NCBI GenBank assembly: GCA_028534125.1
Contig: CM052816.1
Location: 27,716,001-27,780,000 of the forward strand
Direction of reading: 5' to 3'
Length of the DNA stretch: 64,000 nucleotides
Origin: Lama glama
Taxonomy: Eukaryota
Part shown: in pieces, positions 1 to 14,412 of the stretch
How positions within the stretch are numbered: position 1 is the stretch's first letter
Layout: each line of letters opens with the position of its first letter
The notes under the pieces: model-generated
Databases searched by the model: none
Seen by the model: the letters and a program-made list of their open reading frames with translations, nothing else
What the model was told of the DNA's origin: nothing
Translations under genes and position numbers: made by a program

Positions 1-204
1 GAAGCTATGCAAATTACCTAGAGGAAGTTATGTAGGTATTATTGAAAGGGAAAATTAAGGAATTTATAATAAGACCCCATTTTAAAAATAGAAAAATCAT
101 ACATTTATGATACATATGAATATGTATATGCCCATATATGTTTGCATGTGATTAAATAGTCATGGAAGGACACATAGAAGAGTTCATACTAGCTTATTTA
201 CATG

Positions 205-640
205 AGATTATTCTTGTGGGCTTTCGCAGATTCCCCAGAAGGCAGACTCAGAGATAGAGACTGGCATGCAGGAAGTTTATGGAGGAGTGCTCCTAGGGTC
301 AACCACTGAAGGGTAATGAAGGAAAACAGGTTAAGCTGAGGGAGGGACTGGGCTGGGATGCCACCACAACAGCAGCTCGGCTGATCCCATGGAGACCTCT
401 GGAGCTGGGGATGTTCCTGCACGGTCATTCCAAATTGGATTGGAGTCTTTTTGCTCTAGCTTCTCTGTTTGCCTTCCCCCTCCTAACCCTCTTTATTAAC
501 CAGTCATTAAATGTGGACTGCCCCCAGGAAGGAGGTGTGCTGGAGCTCCAGCTCTTTCCAGCTGAGGGTAATCCTTAGAAGGGAGCTATCAACTGTCAAC
601 GTTCCCAGCAACTGATGGAATAAGCACTTTAGTCCTGAAA
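205..640 (-). mobile_element. Old ERVL-class solo LTR (LTR16/LTR40-like)
   Basis: ccccagaaggcagactcagagatagagactggcatgcaggaagtttat resembles the reverse-complemented 3' end of ERVL LTRs. Confidence 0.55.
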
Positions 641-1209
641 GGGGTAAGGAAATCTAGTTGACACACCATAACATTCTCAAAAGAATGGGGTGCAAAATGA
701 TGTAGTTGAATGGGGGAGGAGAGAGGAAGAGGTGGCCACACAAGAAAAGAGAAAAATAATTTTAATAAAAGCATTTAAACAAGTGGTAAATGTGCATCAA
801 TACTGCAGGTGGTATGGGAGTAGCAATGCTATGAAAAATTCATAATGTTTTACCTGGAAAAACCTTCCCAAACCTTCGCAAACCTTTCTTTACCTAGTTT
901 TCTGGGTCATCCTTGCTTTTCAGTGTTTCACATTTTCTTTGACAACACTGAAGGGATAAAATGCTCAGCTCAGTAAAGAAGGATTGAGAAGTAAGCTTAA
1001 AGATTTTCTTTTCAGAAGGAATAAATGTCTGATGAAAGCAGTTACATAATTCTGTACACTTATTTCACGATTTTGGCTCTGGTAACTATATTCTTACTGA
1101 GATACTGTATCTGAAGAAAAAACTTGTCTTGAGAGAGATAAGGCTGTTGATAATTTACTGTACCTTCATGTATTATAGTAAGGCTTTCTAGACTTTATAT
1201 ACAGCTTTG

Positions 1210-2470
1210 TAGTTTTCATTTATTGAATAGCTATCATATACCAGGCAGTTTATTAGGCCCTGGGGGACTCGAAACTAAAGACTTAGTGATCAGAGCCTTG
1301 TAGGGAAGACAGATGAATAAATAGTTAATCACAGAGTGATAAAAGCCATGATATAGACAGCTAGAGTGCTATGGGAGTTCAAATAACTGCCCAAACCAGA
1401 AGGTTGCAGGTTGAAGATGTCAAAGCTTTCAGGAAGAGAATACTTCTGAATTGTGGGGTAGATATTGGGGCAGGTGAATAATAAGGAAGATATAAGGGTA
1501 ATAAAGACACACTCAGGGAGCTGTAAGTAGTCCAATATATTGCAGTCAAGACTGTCAACTGCATGGATTGGAATGAGGGCACCAGTCTCAGGAGACCATC
1601 CAGGGGAAAGAAGCAGGAACAAGACCTTAGGGAACACAAGGGAACAGTCAAATAGGATTATATGAAGAGACTATAATAAAGCAACTGTTTATAAAGATGT
1701 GGTGAGGGAGTAGGGCAAGGGTTGGGCTGGATATTTCCACCCAAAGCAAGAGTTAGAGGGGTTTTTTAGAACCTGGAGACAGCGGGGCTAAGTAGAGGGA
1801 GCTGCCTTCCTCACAGGAGGCATGGCTTCTGTGGAGAGATGCTGCAAACCTTCAGTGACATTAAAAGGAGGGAGCTGGGAGAACAAATACCTTGATGTGA
1901 CCACAGGGGAAGTGAGCCCATTGATGTGTCCTTGTAGGGTAGAATGGAGAGAGGTGGGGACGAGCAGAGAGTGGTTCTGGAGGGGCAAATAGAAAATCTT
2001 TTCTTTGCATGACAGTTGCAGAGTTGGAGATCAAGTAGGAGGTAAACAGACAAAGAAGGGGAAAGGAAACAAATGGAGCAACATGTCACGATTCTGTGGC
2101 AGGAGTGTGCGTGGTGAATCTAGAGACTAAAATAATGCCAGTGCTGCTAGCGGAGAGAGAGCAAAGAGGCGGGACCTGAAGTTACAGAGGCAGACCATAC
2201 AGGGCCTGTCAGGCCAAGTTAAATACTCTTGTCTTTTTCCCAAGAGCAATGCAACACTGTTAAAGAGTATGATCATGGGTAACAGTGAGTCTGGGAGAGT
2301 GATCATGGTGACTTGCAATAAGGTGTTAGTGGTGAAGAGGCAGAAGATGGACACAATCAGGAAATGCTTAGAAGGTAAAAATTAACAGAGCTTGGTGACA
2401 GTTTGGATATGAAGGTTGAGGGTAAGGGAAATTGTTAAGAATGGTTATTAGGTTTCTGACTAAATCAGAA
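1210..2470 (-). mobile_element. L2 LINE fragment interrupted by an LTR41-like element
   Basis: L2 tail motif tttattgaatagctatcatataccaggcag; the purine-rich L2 body resumes after ~2010. Confidence 0.65.
1540..2005. mobile_element. LTR41-like ERVL solo LTR nested in L2
   Basis: Ends in gcagagagtggttctggaggggcaaatagaaaat; similar to the copy at ~43300-43735. Confidence 0.55.
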
Positions 2471-3379
2471 ACACTTTGTGAAAAGATTCCTTTTCCTTCC
2501 CTGGCAATTGTAACTCTTCTCTGTGTTCCCACTAACTTTTCTCTCAATTCCTCATTCCTTGTAATGATCATTTCTTCACTTATGCTTGGCCAGTTTCCCT
2601 GTGTGGCATAATGAACTCAGCTCCTTTTGTTACTTACTAAATCATTATGTTTCACAGATTTCCAACATGAGTTTTATCCTATAGGTTCATTCACTTAGCA
2701 CCTCACTTCTTTCCAACTCCCTACCCCTTTGGATGCAGTCTGTATGAGATTAGTGATGGATTAGTGAAAGAGCATGCTACTAATTAGAAGTCTGTTGTCA
2801 TTAAAATTCCTTCGGGTTTGTGACACTGAGATTACCCAATTATTTCTATCTTGCTGTTTCTATCTTCTTTATAAATACCCCTCTGGTTATCAAAGAAACA
2901 GGTCTTTTGCCCTTTCAAGATTACTAACATACAGTGTCTGGGTATTTCAAAGCACAGAGTAGCCAGAAATAGCACGGTTTATCCTAAAACTGGTAAGGTG
3001 TTCTTCAAATGTATTTTATATTAATCTCAAAAGAAAACTTTTGAAACAAGCCTATTAAACATTTTCCTGTTTCAATGTTGGATAGACTCTCCTTAACTCA
3101 TGTCAATAAGGAGAAAACAAAAGTGCTTCAATTATTTTGTGTGAATACTGTTCAGTCCTGTTTCAAGAAGAGAATCATTTTTCCATATGACCATATGAAC
3201 CCAATAGTGGGTACACACACACACACACACATATCTCATAAATGACAAAGGGAATTAACAACCAAGAAACTGAACTCAGGTACTGCTGACATTTGTGACA
3301 ATTAATGTGAAGCATGTTGCGTTTAATGCCTCGGATGAGGAACTCTGCATAGATCTGTTCTAGAAGTCTTTTCTAGGAA

Positions 3380-3575
3380 GGCAAAATGGTATAGTGAAAA
3401 CTCCCAGAAACTGAAATAGAAACATCAGAATTTGAGTCTAGCTTAACAACTTATGAGTCTCAGTTTCTTCATCAGTGATACAAGATAACATCTAAATTAT
3501 AGGGTTGTTGTGAGAAATAAATATGTTAATGTATGAATTGTACAGTAGAATGCTAATATTACTTATTGTTATTAG
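3380..3575 (+). mobile_element. MIR SINE
   Basis: MIR core: tctcagtttcttcatc...agggttgttgtgagaaataaat. Confidence 0.7.
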
Positions 3576-3789
3576 ACTTTAAGAACACTGCCTCTAATTC
3601 TAGTTTCCTTGAATTCACAATAAATTGGTTCCTATTTTACTATGTATAATAATTAAAGATATTTATTTGAATGAAGAAAATGCCTGACAAAGATCAGGAA
3701 AAAAAAATCTTTAGAATGATGTTCTTAACGGAGACATCAGTTTCCTGCTTTGGTGAATATACAGATAATTCTAGGTTTTCAAGTTAGTG

Positions 3790-4720
3790 CAGGGCTGTAA
3801 AAGTGATCTTGCAAATTGAAACTATGCAAATAATCACTGGGAAAAATTAACAATTGTTGTATGACCTTTAAACACTTTTTTTGTTGAACATTAACTACTC
3901 CTTTAATGTTGATTATAAATGTAAGGGGAAATGGAAATAATAGTAAAACCAATATTTATTTAATACATTATAATTTAAAACATTAGAAACACTGAGAAAG
4001 CATTTTACTTCTTTGAAAAAAGTATCAAGTGTAGTTTGATCAGTGTTTGCCTTTTTCTTCTTATAAAGAAAATTAGCATATGGAGAAAATTATTTTTTTC
4101 ATGTCTTGATGAATTGTCATATTCCTTTCAAAATTTGAACTCATTTCCAAAATTTTATCTTTTGCATTTTCTATGTTGTGAAATATCTCCAAAAGTTCTT
4201 TTAATATGAATTTTTTTTGCTGGTGTCACTCCTCTGGGATATCATCCTTTTTGTCGTAACTGCTCAGTTAGGTCAATAAGTTCTAATAATATCCAATTTT
4301 ACCTCTAGCAGTATTATTGCTTTTCATTCCTTTGTTATACTTTCATATTCTGATCAATTTCTCCTTAGATTATCCAATATTATAAAATGTCACATGGATT
4401 TTTTCCTGAGAGACAAAGAGGCAACACAGCTATATGCTTTATTATCTGAAGGTAAACTGAATAACAAATGCACAGTGACCAGTCACTGACAGACTTTAAA
4501 AGAAGTGACATGACTGGTACATAATCATGATGTGCATCTGCTATTTATGTAGTCATTTGTGGACTAAAGAGTTATCAGCAAAATTTGTTCTTCATGCAGT
4601 TTACTCACAGTAAATTTACCATGGTAACTGAAATTTGAACCATGCTATTCAGGGACTGTTTTTATTTAACTAAACCATATTAAATGAAGTTTATACATTC
4701 GGAACAGTGTGAAATGAATA
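3790..4720. mobile_element. Decayed TcMar-Tigger-type DNA transposon
   Basis: AT-rich body with Tigger-like motifs (gtaactgaaatttgaaccatg; gtgatcttgcaaattgaaactatgcaaa). Subfamily uncertain. Confidence 0.45.
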
Positions 4721-5219
4721 GTTAGTTATCAACGGCTAACCATAGATATGCAAGCAGATAGTTAATAGTTAATAGTTAATCAATGGCTAAGGAGAGAGCA
4801 AAGAAACAAACAATTTTGAGAAATGCCTTAGGCTAGAAAAAAAAGAAGAGAAATATCAGTCCTCTTCCAACTTTGTATTTGGATTATTTCTTAATTTAAT
4901 GTAGGACACATTATAGAGAAATGCAGTGTATGTTTTCTGCTTAGAAGTGAGTGAACTTAATAGCAGTTCCTATTTATTTCCTATATTAAAATTTCGTGAT
5001 TTTTAAAAAGGTGATCATTTCAAGTGGTTAAAATTTCAAGAGACACAAAAGACTCTGTAATGAAGAAAGGCTTACTAGTGCCCCTTTTCCAGCTAGCAGT
5101 TTCTCTTCATTGAGGGCAACTGACATTATCCTTCCAGAGATAGTCTTTGTGTATAAAAGCAAACATATTCACAAACACATTCACAGAATGTTCTCCCTTT
5201 TTAAAACACCCATTCTAAG

Positions 5220-5460
5220 CAGCTAATATTTTTTGAGCATTTCCTATGTACCAGACAGTGTGTTGAACGTTGTATGTTTTATTACATTTGGTCTCCCAAT
5301 ATACTTTGAGGTAGGCTGTAATTATGGCAGAGGGAAATCTATCTCTGAAAGTTTAACTTCTTTTCCCAAAGTCATGCATTAATATGTGGTGGAGCAGTTA
5401 TTCTCATGTAGGTATTCTGGATTCTCAAGTGCAGGGTTTTAATGACCAGACTGTACTGTC
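5220..5460 (-). mobile_element. MIR SINE
   Basis: agctaatattttttgagcatttcctatgtaccagac...cccaaagtcatgca, typical reverse MIR. Confidence 0.7.
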
Positions 5461-7162
5461 TAGGATCTGCATAAAGGTCATGCAATAGGATTTTATTAGT
5501 CTAACAGTCCTTTTATGGTACTGGAAATTCTTTTTGCTAATTCAGTCTATGAAAATACAGGGCTTTAGGGGTTTGAGAGAGACTAAGGTTTGTCTAAAAG
5601 CATTAGATACCTCTCTCAGGAGGTTGTTTGGCTACCATCTGTACTGGGAAATTGGCCAGGTGGCTTGGAAGGAGACCAACTCTGAGTGCATATCTATGGT
5701 CTGTTCTCTGAGACTGTCGGACAGTCCCTCTCCTTGTTGGGCATTGGAATTCTGTCTGACACTTAGCAGGCGCATGAGCACACATACACACACAAACACA
5801 AACACATATCATGCATGTTCATTTATTCATTCCAAAACAAATATAAGTATTAAGTGTCTTAAACTTACACAATAGAAATATGAAGCTTAGGAATGCCTAA
5901 CAACATATGCTAAAGCCTGTGCCACTTTTTTATTTCATAAACTGAGTGCTGCTTGGCAGTTTATGTCTAACAGTCTCTTGTCGGCAGAGACACTACCCTG
6001 GTCAGGACTGATTAGCAGTTGGGCATGTTTTCTAGCTGTCTGCTTCCTGAATGTGGCTCTTGGAGCACTCACTCTTGGAGGGGGTGGGTGAAAGGTCTAA
6101 TGCTCCCTTCTCTCTGCTATGCACACCTCTCATCTTTCTTTATTACAATGGAGGTGCCGAATGTTTTCTTTGAGACCTTTTATTTGAGAGTGGAAAGCTT
6201 AAAGGTGAAGTTCAAATTTTTAAAAAATCAAGTGAACTTTGTTGGCTTCAGGAACTTTGGGTCACAGTTTCATGAAGAAATTTATACACACACACACACA
6301 CACGCACACACAGAGAGTCTGTCCTAGGATATCTTGGCATGCAGACTAAATGCTTCTCCAACCAAGTTTTACATGAACTAGACAAAACCTGATTAACGAT
6401 TGAATGTAAAGGAAGATGATTTTCAAGAGTGACCAGTGTTAACGGTAATATGCTGTATTTTCCTGCAAGTCCGAAGGCCTTGGATCTTGGCATCACTGAG
6501 TGTTTGTGTTCAAGAGTAAAACAATCTATCATGATATTTAGGGGCTTGGAGTCATTTCTTTCTGTATACTAGGTTTTTGTTTAGAAATCTAGCCTCTGCT
6601 TGGTTCAATAACAGGCCCATGCTTTTTGATTTGTGAAACTCCAGTCTTTGCTTTATAAATATTAGACAAAGAATAAAGATTATATCCATCTGTAAAAAGT
6701 CTTATATTTACTATTTTTGTAAAAATATCTGATAAATGAAGTTAATTAAAATATCTCTAGATAGAGGTAGCTGTATCTCAGTAGATAATCTCATTTGCTA
6801 CATTATTTGCAAGTTTGAGCTCAGCCAGTATAAGCACCCTCAATTTGCCCTTTTCTCATCTTAAAGTTTATGTCACCTTCTCCCTCTTTTATGCATTCTG
6901 TTTTTGGAGAGGATGCCCTTTCAGGTCATACCTGGGTTCTTTATCTTGTGTTCCATTCTTCACTGGAACTTCATTCTATTACTTGCTTCTCAAGGCTTTC
7001 CCTTTTACTAGCTTCTTTCCTCGTCCTGACAGCATTCACAGCTGTCCTCTAACCTCTGGTACCTTTAATTGCTTAAAAAAGAAAAACATTTCAAATGAGA
7101 ATTCTATATTCCCTATTCTGAAATAACCAATGACTTATGCCAGATTGCCATCTCTGATGGCC

Positions 7163-7378
7163 TTTTTTTTTTTTTTCAAAATTGAAGTATTGATTTACGA
7201 TGAGAACAAACTACTGGTTACCAGTGGGGAGAAGGAAAAGGGAAGTGCAAGATAAGGGTATGGAATTAAGAGATACAAACTACTACTTTGTATAAAATAG
7301 ATAAGCAATGAGGATGTATTTTACAACACAGGGAAATAGAGCCACTGTTCTGTAATAACTTTAAATAGAATATAATCT
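7163..7378 (-). mobile_element. Short L1 3'-end insertion with 5' inversion
   Basis: Poly-T plus reverse L1 terminus (caaaattgaagtattgatttac) joined to a sense L1 3'UTR piece (gagaacaaactactggttacc...tataatct). Flanked by tctgatggccttt / tctgttggccttt. Confidence 0.75.
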
Positions 7379-7388
7379 GTTGGCCTTT

Positions 7389-7730
7389 CAATCTACAACC
7401 TCATTAAGCTCTGCAGCATTTCATGGAAACTCTCCTCTCATGGCTTCCATTGTTGTTTCTTTTTTGGTTTTGCTATTTTTATGTTCTTTTTCTGTATCCT
7501 GTCAAGGCTTCTTTATCTAATCTCCTCTAGATGTAGAGCCTCTCTAATTTTCCCAGTTTCTATATTTGGTTCCTCTCTTCTGTCTTTCTTTTCCCTCCTC
7601 TCTTCTTTGTCAGTTCAGTCTTTTCAGTTTTACTTATGATCTCTATGAGGATAACTTCCAGATTCACTTCTCTGATACTAAGTTTTTGAATCACTCAGAC
7701 CAGCGCTTCCAGCTGGCTTCTGGATATCTT
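7389..7730 (+). mobile_element. L2 LINE fragment
   Basis: Pyrimidine-rich L2 motifs (ctctgcagcatttc, tctctatgaggataacttccagatt, ccagctggcttctggatatcttcact). Confidence 0.6.
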
Positions 7731-9600
7731 CACTCACTCACTCACTCACTGACTCACTTGCTTAGTCATTCACTTACAGTCGTTGAGAACCTATAAAGAT
7801 AAGTACTGCTGTGGAGCTGTGGAATTGGTAGTGAACAAAAGAAAGTCCCTGCCCCACAAAGCTCATGTTCCAGTGAGAAAAGAAAGTATAAGCAAATAAA
7901 AAAAATGTGTCAGGTGGTGGTAAGTGCTATGGAGAAAAACCGAGTACGAGGATGGGATGGAGACTGATGGGAAATGTGGTGACTGATTTAGATTAGATAA
8001 TAGTAAAGTCTCTATAAAATGCCATTTGAGCAGAAACTTAAAAGAAGTGAGAGTGCACATCTGGGGCAAAGCGTTCCTTCCAAAGAGAGGGGACAGGCCC
8101 TAAAGGGAAGAGACAGGTGGAAGAGAAAATACCTCTTTGACCTAATTTTAAGTATATACCTTGTAATTATACTGCTTCTTACACTTTTACACACACACAC
8201 ACCTGTCTATCTATGGTACACATAGAAGTATCAGAGGCTCAAATCACAGAGGGCCTTGTTGGGCATGATAAGGACTCAGACTTTTGCTGCAAATGAGAGT
8301 AGAAGCCATTGAGAGTTTTCTGAGCCAAGAAGTAACAAGATCTGAGTTACACTTACAAAGAAACACTTTGGCTACTGTTTGGAAGCAGTTAGACCAGTCA
8401 AAAGTATAACCTAAAATATAATTATACAGGGGGTAAAAAGGATGGGAATTTGTAGCCAAGGGGCAAAGATGAAGATTGTTGGCACTAGTAAAATTCAGGA
8501 TTTTGCTGAAGGTCTGGTGTAACCTATGAGAGAAAGATAGTACTCAAGAATGACTGGGCCTTAAAAACTGGCAGAATGGGATTTCCATTTATTATGAAGC
8601 AAAGGACTTTGAACAGGTTGTGGAGGGTGGTGAAATCAAGAATATGGTTTTGAACATATTATTATGAGATGTCTATTAAACATCTGAGAGGAAATATCAA
8701 TTAAACATTTAGATATATAAGCCTGGGGGCAAAAATTAACTATACAAGCATGTTATTTGTCAGCAGATATATATTTAAATAAAAGTCACAGGGCTGGATG
8801 AGATCTTTAGAAAACAAGTATAGATAAAGAAGAGGAGAGATCCAGATGTGTGATGAATTCTGAAACACTCTAATGTTTAAAGTTCGGGAAGAGAAGGGGG
8901 TGTAGGAAGGTAGATGGAGGTAAAGAACAGTAAGCAAGAAATGAGAAGTCCTGTTAGCTGTTTGGGTAAGAGGAAGGCTGAGAAATCACTAGATTTATTT
9001 TTAAAAAGTCACTGATGATCTTGACAGAAGAATAAAAAGATTGGTGTGGTGAACAGTGAACACAGCCTTAAGTTTGTAGGGACCAAGAGATAACAGAAGA
9101 ATTGGAGATAGGAAGCAGAAATAACTTTTTCCAGAACTTCTGTTGTAAAAGAGAGGGTGGTAGTTTAGTGTTTGCTGGAGGGAATATAAGTCCAAAGGTA
9201 ATCATTTAAGAATAAAAAATTAGGACAGATAACACTATTTTTGCTTCTCATGGGAACCAACCAATAGAAAGAGCAAAATTGATCATGCAAGTGAGAAGAC
9301 AGGTGTAGGTGTGATGTCCTTGTATCCTTGAGTATGTGGGCAAGTTGGGATTCAGGGCACAGTGGGAGATTGGTTTTAGAAAGCAAAATAGATGCTTCAA
9401 CCATTGTAGCAGAACAAAATGCTCTGTATTTGAATACAGATGCACAATATGTGATCAATTTAGTGAGGAGAAGGTGTGAGGAGAAATTTAGAAATTCATT
9501 CTAAATTTTCAGTGAAATAAGAGGATAATCAGTTGACGGGGGAAGGGAGGAGATTGGGAGATTAAAGATGAGAATGAAAAATAATTATCTAGGATAATGG
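7731..9600 (-). mobile_element. Long L2 LINE fragment
   Basis: Starts with a (CACT)n/cattca tail, then gtgaacaaaagaaagtccctgcccc and an extended purine-rich L2 body. Confidence 0.75.
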
Positions 9601-10437
9601 CAACTAAGTCTTTTTGGCTGCAACATAGAATAAGAAATATCACCCTCCAGGATATAAATACATGAACATACACACAAGATAAGAATTTCAGGAGACAATA
9701 TCCTTACTTCACTTATTTTCACTTAAATTCTATTTTAACAAAGGTAGATAGTAACTCACTAAACAAGGACTGTGTTGGCATACTAATGGGTTGCAATCTG
9801 TAGTTCTTCAGAAGAACTAAAGAGGACATTTTCTGAAGCAATGTCATAGCAAAACAAACCAAATTAAAGACAGAATGTAAAGTGAGACTGATCAGCATAA
9901 TCAAAAGCAAATCATTATGCACTCCCTCACCCCAAGATTTCTTGTTTTTTTGTTTTTAATTGCAAGTCTTCCCAGAGCCCTTAAAATGCTAACACACACT
10001 GTGACTTTCCAAGGCCAGCATTGATACCTTATGTAGCTTTTCTCGAATTTATTTGATGACAAAATCCTTTAAAAACAGATCACACTTTGGGAAAGGGTAA
10101 AAGTTGTCACAGAATTTTGCATGTATGATTTTTACAGTACTATATATTCTTCATCTTGTTTTAGTTATTTGCATATTCATCTTACTCATGTTTCCACTTT
10201 AGCCTTTAGCATAAAGTCTTGAAGATAACAGACACTTACTGAAAATCATGGAATTTTAGTGAAGAGGCATGAACTGGAATAATATTTGGTAACTGGATAA
10301 ATTTAGCTTGCATAAATTTCAGTACCTTTTTTGCAGTCTTTTTTATACCATCTCATCCTTGGCTAGGAAAATTATCTTGATGCTGGGCAAAAAGCCAGTG
10401 TTAACATGGGGCTAAATACTTTTTCTCTACAAATCAC

Positions 10438-10443
10438 TTTATT
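10438..10443 (-). terminator. Polyadenylation signal AATAAA of FTMT
   Basis: tttatt on + is AATAAA on -, ~120 nt downstream of the stop codon; context aataaagtgatttg. Confidence 0.75.
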
Positions 10444-10561
10444 GGGACAGTATACCAGAAGAATATAAAAAGGTAGAGGTTCATTTTAAGGGCAGGAAAG
10501 CATTAAACAGCTGACTCTGGGTCCTGACACACCCTGGGCGGTGGAGAAGGCAGCCTGTGGA

Positions 10562-11530
<969 letters not shown>

Positions 11531-12231
11531 TTTGTGTCTTGGGCTTTGTAATTTACTACTTCCCGAAATTTTAAAATACTGTTTAAAAAGTAGGAAAAAA
11601 GTAGGCTGTGACTTGCAAAAGAAAAGGGTAGGGGCAAACCGTACTTGCCCTGCCTCTCTGACCTTTTTCTGTCCAAGGACCAAGGAATGGGGGAGGCAAG
11701 GGGGTGAAATAGGGTAAAGCAAAAATCAGCACCAATTCATCTGAGAGAGTAAATAAAGGTCCACATCCAGAGTGGATGTTCATAAGTTGACTTCCTGATT
11801 GTTTTAACAAATTTAAGTATGGAAATAATTGCCAGTATATTGGGCAAATTTCCAAGAGTCTGCAGTAAAACAGTGCTGTCTTTTAAAAAACAAATTTTTA
11901 AATATAAAATTTATCTTCATTTAAAAAATTAGATATTGTAGAAATGTAGGAAGAATATATAAACTAGCTCTAAATTCTTGTCTTTGCTATGTAGATACAT
12001 ATTTTTAAAAGGACAATTAAAAATTAAATATAAAATAGCATTTGGTTTTGAAAGAATACACATAACTGTTGTAGTGCATTGAGAAAATAATTAACGCACA
12101 GAAGAAAATTCTAAAGCTTCCTAATTCTTCCTCTACCCAGAGAGAACTATTGTTAAAATGTTGATGTTAATTCTCACAGAATAAAATAACATAATAAAAA
12201 CATATCACAGATGCACAAAAGTAAATACATA

Positions 12232-13115
12232 CATTTTAACAGCTTTGTAGAGGTATAATTGACATAAAATAAACTGCAGATACTTAAAATGTACAGCTTG
12301 ATAAGCTGTGAACCCATCACCAAAACTGAGATAATGAATATACTCATCACTTCCCCATTCCCCTTTGTATTTTATAATCCTTCTTTTCTGCCTTTCTCTG
12401 CCTTGTTTCATCCCAGGCATCCACTGATCTGCTTTTCCTCAGTATATAGGTTAGTTTCATTTTCTAGAATTTCACATAAATGAAATCAGTATGTATTTCT
12501 TTTTTGCCTGGTTTCTTTTACTTAGCATAATTATTTTGAGATCCACGCTGTAGTGTGTATTAACAGTTTTCATTGCTGAGCAGTAGTCCATTGCTGAGGA
12601 TATACCACCGTATTTTTATCCTTTCACCCGCTGATGAACGTTTTGGTTGTTTACAGTTTTTGACTACTAACATGAAGCTGTTATAACTATAAACATTCCT
12701 ATACAAGTCTTTGTGTGGTTATATGCTCTCATTTCTCTTGGGTAATTATTTTGTGTGAAAAGGCTGGATCATATGATATGCATATGTTTAACTTGTTAAG
12801 AAACTTCAAGTTGTTTTCCACAGTGGTTGTACCATTTTACATTCCTACCAGCAGTGTGTGAGTTCAAGTTTATTTACGTCCTTGCTAACCCTTGCTGTTG
12901 TCAGTTATTTAGTTTTAATTTAAAGTTTAAATTTTAGCCATTCTGGTAGTTGTATACTGGTATTTCACTATATTCTTAATTTGCATTCCCATAATAATTA
13001 ATGATGCTGAGTATATTTTCACATACCTCTCTGCCAACCATATATCTTTGGTGAAGTGTATGTTCAAGTCATTTTCCCATTTTCATATTGGGTCAGTTCT
13101 TTTCTTATGGTTATT
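12232..13115 (-). mobile_element. Old L1 3' end (L1MB-like)
   Basis: ttttaacagctttgtagaggtataattgacat...ttttccacagtggttgtaccattttacattcctaccagcagtg. Confidence 0.85.
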
Positions 13116-13129
13116 TAGTTTTTATGGTT

Positions 13130-13300
13130 AATATCTGGGTCTTTAGTATTAGTACTACTCCTATTCAGGTCTTCTTTATATTGTCTCAGCGGTATTAATA
13201 TCAAAGACCCCTCTGGTGGGTGGTTGAAAAGACTAAGTAAGAGAATGTATCCAGAGAACTTAACGTAGTGATTGACAGAATAAGCACTCAAAATAGTCTT
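13130..13300 (+). mobile_element. Degenerate MIR
   Basis: gtggttgaaaagactaagtaagagaatgtat...aagcactcaaaatag. Confidence 0.45.
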
Positions 13301-14089
13301 TATAGTTTTTACTGGATAATTTCTATTTTATTTCAAAATCCATATTTTATGTTATTGAGCAAGCAATGGTTATTATTATTTAGCAAGACTTACACCTTTT
13401 ATAAAGAATGCTGACAAGTATTACATTGTTGCTATCATGTACGGGTAGTGAGATAGAAATTCTTTTATTATATGGACATATTAAAGTTGCAGTTTTGTAG
13501 TAAGCTCCCTGGTCAAAAGTTACCATATATAAAGATGGATGCCTGAGATCTAGTTGCACTTAAACTCTGCTAGTAGAATGTGATTGATATTCACCCAGCA
13601 ATTTCTCACTAATTTTTGCCCCTCTATACCCATTTCTGCTTTTATTTTCCCTAAACTTTTTCTGCTCCTAAAATGTAGTTCCCTAAAGAGAGGTTATGAA
13701 AATGATTCTTTAGAGTGGTATTAAATGCCAACTGCTGCTACTAGTGTTTTAGGAGAAATGATGCTCTTTATATAAATGCTTATCCCCAAAGTAATAAAAA
13801 AGCATAGATATAAAAGAAATGCAATACATGAGATATAATGGAAAACAATGCCATCAAATACAATACACATTTAAATATTCCATGTTAACTTGTCAAAAAT
13901 GTTTCTTTTCCCATTACAAAGTTTGTCATATATTTTGCTGGACTTTGAAAATGCAAGGATCTGGTAGGTGTTACTTTTATCTTATGGGCGCTTTGATTTC
14001 TAGTACACACAGTAAAATTAATGTGCTACCAAAAATACAAAAGTAGACCATTGCCCACCACTTTTCAAGATGGTTTCTTCTCTTCCTTG

Positions 14090-14412
14090 AACATCCCCTG
14101 AAGTTTTCATGCTTCTCTGGGATTCCCTTTGCTTCCTCATCTTCCTTTTCTCCATTCTTTTACTTCATCATGGAATTAATCTCATTTTTAAGGTCCCATC
14201 AAATATATTACCATTTCTGTAAGTTCTTACATAACCTTATTCTGAAGTAATCAGTCTTTTTTGTTGTTGTTGTCAAAGACTTTGTTTATTTTGAGAATAT
14301 ATCATATGATGCTATAATTCCTTGTGTATAGCTCTGTGTATGTATCCTTGAGGACAGAGCCTATGATCTTACTCATTTTAAAATCCCCCGGCCTAGCACA
14401 ATGCTTCACTCT
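14090..14412 (+). mobile_element. L2 3' end
   Basis: tccttgaggacagagcctatgatcttactcatttta...cctagcacaatgct. Confidence 0.55.
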
